64,000 nt of DNA from a virus: the IMG/VR virus record IMGVR_UViG_3300010157_000047, positions 1 through 64,000 of that record, one strand, 5' to 3'. The stretch's first letter is position 1. Each line of letters opens with the position of its first letter. Positions 59,688-64,000 of the stretch are shown piece by piece. The notes beneath the pieces are model-generated. The model did no database searches. It was not told the DNA's origin and was given only the letters and a program-made list of their open reading frames with translations. The translations under genes were made by a program, and so were the position numbers.

Positions 59688-62600
59688 TTATGCTTTATTA
59701 TATTTATTTTTAGTGAATAGTCTGGCTAGAATTGATTTGGTATTTTTAGAATCTACCTCAGATTTACGAGCTGGACTATCGGTATGCATAATTTTTCTAC
59801 CTTGAGAATCATATCCATATATATTTTCTAGAGTTTTACGTTGTATATTTTCTTTTCCAATTTCACCCAACCCTGTTGCAGAAGCAGCTAATCCAGACCT
59901 CATGTAACGATCTCTATCGGCACGTTGTTTTTCATTGTATTGCTGTGCTGCCATTGCTGCATCAATTCCCTTGCCTTTTTGTTCAGCATTAAATCTTTGC
60001 GCCTGATTAGCTTGCTCTACATTATATTTAGCGGCATCTGATTTAAGCATTGCATTTTTGCCATATATATCACTAAGACCCTCAGATGCAGCTCTTCCAC
60101 TAACCAATGATGCTCCAGTAAGACCTGATCTAGCTGCTGCTCCAGAACCTCCAGACATGCCGCTAAGTGCATTGACCGCAGTTCCATATTGACTACCTAA
60201 TTGCTCTCTTATTGGGGCTGTAGACAATTGTTGTGCAGCAAGAACTGATGGACTTATTGTTGGATAATTAACATTAGTATTCATTGGAATGCCTCGCCTA
60301 GCTGTTAATCCCAATAATGCATTGGTTGTAATTGGCATTTTTCTAAGTCTTTCATCTTGCTTGTTAGATGCAGCAATAGCAGCTAAATTTGCTGAAGAAA
60401 GATTTTCTTTAGAAGTATCTGCAGCAGTGCTTTCTGATGGTCGCGATGCATATCTATTCTTCTCAATATTAAATCTATTAATATCAGATTGATATGCTAG
60501 ATTATTTGGGCTGAGTTCTGCAGTTGATTTTATAGGTAAATTATTAGTATCATATTTTTCAGATGCCATATTTACTAATTTAGGATTAGAGATTAAATTA
60601 GATTGCTGATCTGCAATTGAATTTACATTAGATTTTTGTATATTGGATTTTTTACCATTCATTCTATCAAGAACACTAGCTGCATATTCATTAATACTAG
60701 GCTCATCCCCCTTGCCTTGCTTTCTATTTAATGCTTCATCATTATACATATTAAATCCTTCTCCAGCATACCAAGCTTTAGCAGCATTTTCAGGACCATA
60801 TTTATCGTAATATTGTTTTAATTTATATCTAGCAACTTTTTCTTGATTATCTGGTGTCATAGATGAGCCTTTAGGAAGACCTGCTTCGCTTGACCATTGA
60901 TCCCAATTATTAGGCATTATTTGATATTTACCAGCAGCACCAGTTCTTTTATTGGTTTCATTATAATCTCCTCCAGATTCTTGTCCACCCATTGCAGAAA
61001 CAAATGAGTTAAATTCATCTGGGCTATTGTTGGCATTAGATGAAGACATTCTGGAGCTGTAATCATTAATTCCTAGATTTGCTGAAGATACTTGTGGTAA
61101 AGAAGAAAAGTCAACATTTGATGCAGATTGATTTGTATATTTTTTGTCAGAATTTTTTAATCTTGATCCAGCTATACCAGCACCCAATAGTCCAGCACCA
61201 AGTAGTCCAGCACTAATCTTATCAGATCGCGTCAACTTATCTGGGTTAATAATAGGTTTAGGAGCTGATTCAACACTAGCTGCATCAGCAATAGCCGTGT
61301 CCGCAGTTCCCATAGAAGTTGCATCTGGGGCTACAGAAGATGCGGTAGTTTCTGGTTGTAATAATGCCCTATTTTTAGCAATTCGTTTTTCAGCGGCAAG
61401 ATAAGATCTGCTTTTAGCAACATCTTCAGCAGCCATTGGAATGCCAGCTGCACGTTCGGCAGCAACATCAATAGGAGATTTAACTGAACTTAATTTATCT
61501 AATAAAGTATTATATTTTGTAGCAAATGTAGCTGCCTTATTTGCAGCAATTACACTTGGGTTAGGCGCAATTTTAGGAGCAACATATTTAAGTCTTTCAG
61601 CATTACTCCATATGCCAGGAAGAAATGATTTTTCAGCATTTATACCAGGGAGCATTGCAGCCATAGCAGATCCTTCATTATCTGCAGTATTGCCAGTTAC
61701 ATAATCATATGCACTGCCAATCATTGGTGTAATCATTTTTGCTGCGCCCCATGGACTAGCTGAGGTAGAGCCAATTGGAGTACTTAGTACTGACTTTACA
61801 GTTGGATATGCATTCCCAAATCTATCAAGTAATTCAGAGCTACTAGGAAGAATTGCCCTGGTATTGATAACACTTGGATCTTCAAGAGGCTTATCTCCAC
61901 CAACATCGTACATTTTCCCACCATTAGCATATCCATTATTTAAATATGGATTACTATTTATTTGTTGCTTTTGTGGAAAATATTCAACTCGACCTTGATT
62001 GTATAATGTATTAGGAACCAATAATCCACCTACTGCATATTGATTTGTCTGACCATCAGGCTGATCAAATTCAATATCACCACCAAGATCATGTTTCCAT
62101 TTAGCAGCATTACGTGCAAAGTTAGCCATCTGCCTAACATGTGGATCTGGGCTATGTAATGCTTCTGCAGTAGTTTTTCCAGTTCTTTCCTTATACGCTG
62201 TAAATTTACCACGATTTTCAGGTTTAATATGAATGCTGCCACCTGAACCATAATGAACATTTGAGTCTAGCTGCATGGTAGGAACACTACCGCCTAATGC
62301 ATATCTATTATCAGGACCCACTTGTAATCCATCAATAGAACCACCAGTCATATATTGATTGTTGGGTGCTACATATCTAGCATTAATGGTACCGCCTAAA
62401 TCATGATTATTAATATGATTAGATCTAGCAGAATCGATATAGCTTAATGAATCATACATTGTCTGTGGATAGTTAGCATCAATTCTGCCTCCCATTTCCA
62501 TTCTACGAATTGTTTCCAATTGCTGATTGGAAACATTAGTAGGATGAACTAATCCGCCAATAGCTTTATACTCTTTTGCTTCATCGGATAAATCATTATC

Positions 62601-63035
62601 TATCAATCCCTTATAATATGATCCATTTGAATTAGGATGATCTTCCTTATAATCCTTAATATGATCAACAGCAATTGACTTAGCCAATTTAGTTTGACTA
62701 GGGAGTCTACCATTTTTATCCATATAATCTCTTATAAAGTCTAATGTAGGAGCATGTTCTTTCTCTACCTTAATACCATTTTTTAATTCACGATTCATAG
62801 TGATTTGACCACCATTGGACATTTGGCTTTGATCAGATGGCATACCCTGACGAGCAGTTCCATTATTCATGCCTTGCATGTTTAATTGTGGAGCATTTTG
62901 CGGCTCTGGATTTTGACGTTGCTCATGTTCAAATTGCTCTCTACGGAGTGCATCAAGTTCTGCAATGGCAGCTTTTTTATTATTACCATGCTTAGCAACA
63001 ATTGCCTTAGCTCTTTGTGCGAAATTAGTATTCAT
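59688..63035 (-). CDS. Virion cargo protein with xxGG repeats and lysozyme/lytic transglycosylase-like domain
   Basis: QESGG.Y...GAAGKYQIMP..W...QEKVA...YG...AA.AWYAG; GIKVEKEH..IA.DH..YY; GGSIHIKPENRGKFT..MANFARNAAKWKH. Confidence 0.8.
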   Translation of the reverse strand: MNTNFAQRAKAIVAKHGNNKKAAIAELDALRREQFEHEQRQNPEPQNAPQLNMQGMNNGTARQGMPSDQSQMSNGGQITMNRELKNGIKVEKEHAPTLDFIRDYMDKNGRLPSQTKLAKSIAVDHIKDYKEDHPNSNGSYYKGLIDNDLSDEAKEYKAIGGLVHPTNVSNQQLETIRRMEMGGRIDANYPQTMYDSLSYIDSARSNHINNHDLGGTINARYVAPNNQYMTGGSIDGLQVGPDNRYALGGSVPTMQLDSNVHYGSGGSIHIKPENRGKFTAYKERTGKTTAEALHSPDPHVRQMANFARNAAKWKHDLGGDIEFDQPDGQTNQYAVGGLLVPNTLYNQGRVEYFPQKQQINSNPYLNNGYANGGKMYDVGGDKPLEDPSVINTRAILPSSSELLDRFGNAYPTVKSVLSTPIGSTSASPWGAAKMITPMIGSAYDYVTGNTADNEGSAMAAMLPGINAEKSFLPGIWSNAERLKYVAPKIAPNPSVIAANKAATFATKYNTLLDKLSSVKSPIDVAAERAAGIPMAAEDVAKSRSYLAAEKRIAKNRALLQPETTASSVAPDATSMGTADTAIADAASVESAPKPIINPDKLTRSDKISAGLLGAGLLGAGIAGSRLKNSDKKYTNQSASNVDFSSLPQVSSANLGINDYSSRMSSSNANNSPDEFNSFVSAMGGQESGGDYNETNKRTGAAGKYQIMPNNWDQWSSEAGLPKGSSMTPDNQEKVARYKLKQYYDKYGPENAAKAWYAGEGFNMYNDEALNRKQGKGDEPSINEYAASVLDRMNGKKSNIQKSNVNSIADQQSNLISNPKLVNMASEKYDTNNLPIKSTAELSPNNLAYQSDINRFNIEKNRYASRPSESTAADTSKENLSSANLAAIAASNKQDERLRKMPITTNALLGLTARRGIPMNTNVNYPTISPSVLAAQQLSTAPIREQLGSQYGTAVNALSGMSGGSGAAARSGLTGASLVSGRAASEGLSDIYGKNAMLKSDAAKYNVEQANQAQRFNAEQKGKGIDAAMAAQQYNEKQRADRDRYMRSGLAASATGLGEIGKENIQRKTLENIYGYDSQGRKIMHTDSPARKSEVDSKNTKSILARLFTKNKYNKA

Positions 63036-63037
63036 AA

Positions 63038-64000
63038 TTAAATATCTTTAAATATATAACCGCCATATTCAAACTTACTTTTTGCTTTTGCAGTAGAAGA
63101 TAATTGACTATTGCCATCTGCAAACTTCTTCATTTCTATTGCATCATCATTAGCCGATTTAAGGCGTTGTAACGATACTTTTTGCGTGTACCTAGTAATA
63201 GGATCATTAGGCCTTTCATCTGCTAATTTAGATACTTTCTTGCTTATTTCTGAAAATGTTTTTCCAGCATATCCATCACCTAAATTATAATCTTTAGCAT
63301 TGTCTAATTTCAATCTATCAGAAAATATATAGTTGTTATATTTTGTTTCACCTTGCTCTACATAATCATTAGGACCTTGATTAATTCCACCATTAGGATT
63401 TTCCTCATGGCTGCCACCAGTATTAAAACTAGTCAATGGGGTATTTGCTTGAGCATAAGATCCACCTCCAGAATGATTTCCAATAGGACCACCATATGCT
63501 GCACTATATATACCACCTTGATCTGGATTAGCAGTTTTGTTACCATAAATTTGCCTTCCTGCTACCATATCTTGCATTTGCTTTTCTTTTTTATCTTTTT
63601 CAGCATTAAGATATGCTAATCCGCCACCAACAACAGCACCAACTCCCATGCCTATTGGCCCTAATGCAGCACCAGCTGCAGCACCTTCAACAGCACCTTT
63701 AGCAGCTGACATACCTGGACTATTAGGCTTGTCAGTAAGATTTAATGCAGCAGTTACAAAGGGAGCAGCTGTAGTTGCAATATTACCAGCACTAGCTCCT
63801 GCAGGATTAACAGCTTTAGTCGCATCAGAAGTAATAGGCATTTGCTTAGATTGAATAACATTACCAGATGCCATATTTGTTAATGATGCAGGGTTAGCTC
63901 CTCTGCCAGTTGCAAGATTCATAGTCTGATCTGAATATTGTGTAGGCTGAACAGAGACATGTTGATTGGGAACCATTGGCAATCCAGATGGATTAAACTG
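63038..64000 (-). CDS. Virion cargo protein, 5'-truncated by the window edge
   Basis: Frame open to the edge (QFNPSGLPMVPN); glycine-zipper GAAAGAALGPIGMGVGAVVGG; GGSHEENPNGGI...VEQGET...IFSDRL. Confidence 0.75.
   Translation of the reverse strand, partial: QFNPSGLPMVPNQHVSVQPTQYSDQTMNLATGRGANPASLTNMASGNVIQSKQMPITSDATKAVNPAGASAGNIATTAAPFVTAALNLTDKPNSPGMSAAKGAVEGAAAGAALGPIGMGVGAVVGGGLAYLNAEKDKKEKQMQDMVAGRQIYGNKTANPDQGGIYSAAYGGPIGNHSGGGSYAQANTPLTSFNTGGSHEENPNGGINQGPNDYVEQGETKYNNYIFSDRLKLDNAKDYNLGDGYAGKTFSEISKKVSKLADERPNDPITRYTQKVSLQRLKSANDDAIEMKKFADGNSQLSSTAKAKSKFEYGGYIFKDI

Noticed and set aside
42178-63854. Plus-strand ORFs within the cargo/RNAP block, including the 176-aa ORF at 54600
   Set aside because: Antisense to long genuine genes, with S/L/I/F-rich shadow composition and no motifs
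1-64000. Stop-codon reassignment as in some crAss-like phages
   Set aside because: Terminase, portal, RNAP and cargo genes are intact in the standard code, and TAG/TGA end several genes; no suppressor tRNA seen

Overview
This window is a 64-kb slice of an AT-rich crAss-like (Crassvirales) phage genome read in the standard genetic code. The host is most likely Bacteroidota: TAnnTTTG (-7) promoter boxes precede several genes, and starts have A-rich, SD-less leaders. It has three blocks. (i) 1-14917, minus strand: small genes (DEDD exonuclease, SEC-C, Hsp20-like, Zn finger, wHTH, IHF/HU-like, GroES-like), then terminase, portal and a >1650-aa modular fibre gene that runs off the left edge and is missing from the ORF track. 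(ii) 15137-40712, plus strand: an apparently complete early/middle block with RNase HI, DnaB helicase, AAA ATPase, SSB, primase, a GGCT / ATP-grasp / COOH-NH2 ligase / GATase / amidoligase cluster, an eroded UNG-fold protein, nucleases, a nucleotidyltransferase and a dNTP diphosphohydrolase. No DNA polymerase is recognisable here; instead there are stand-alone C-terminal fragments of bacterial DnaE and DnaA. (iii) 40740-64000, minus strand: giant virion/ejected proteins, including the virion RNA polymerase (GADFDID), a protein carrying a circularly permuted histidine phosphatase, and an xxGG-repeat protein with a lytic transglycosylase domain. All calls come from motif recognition by eye; no database searches were run.
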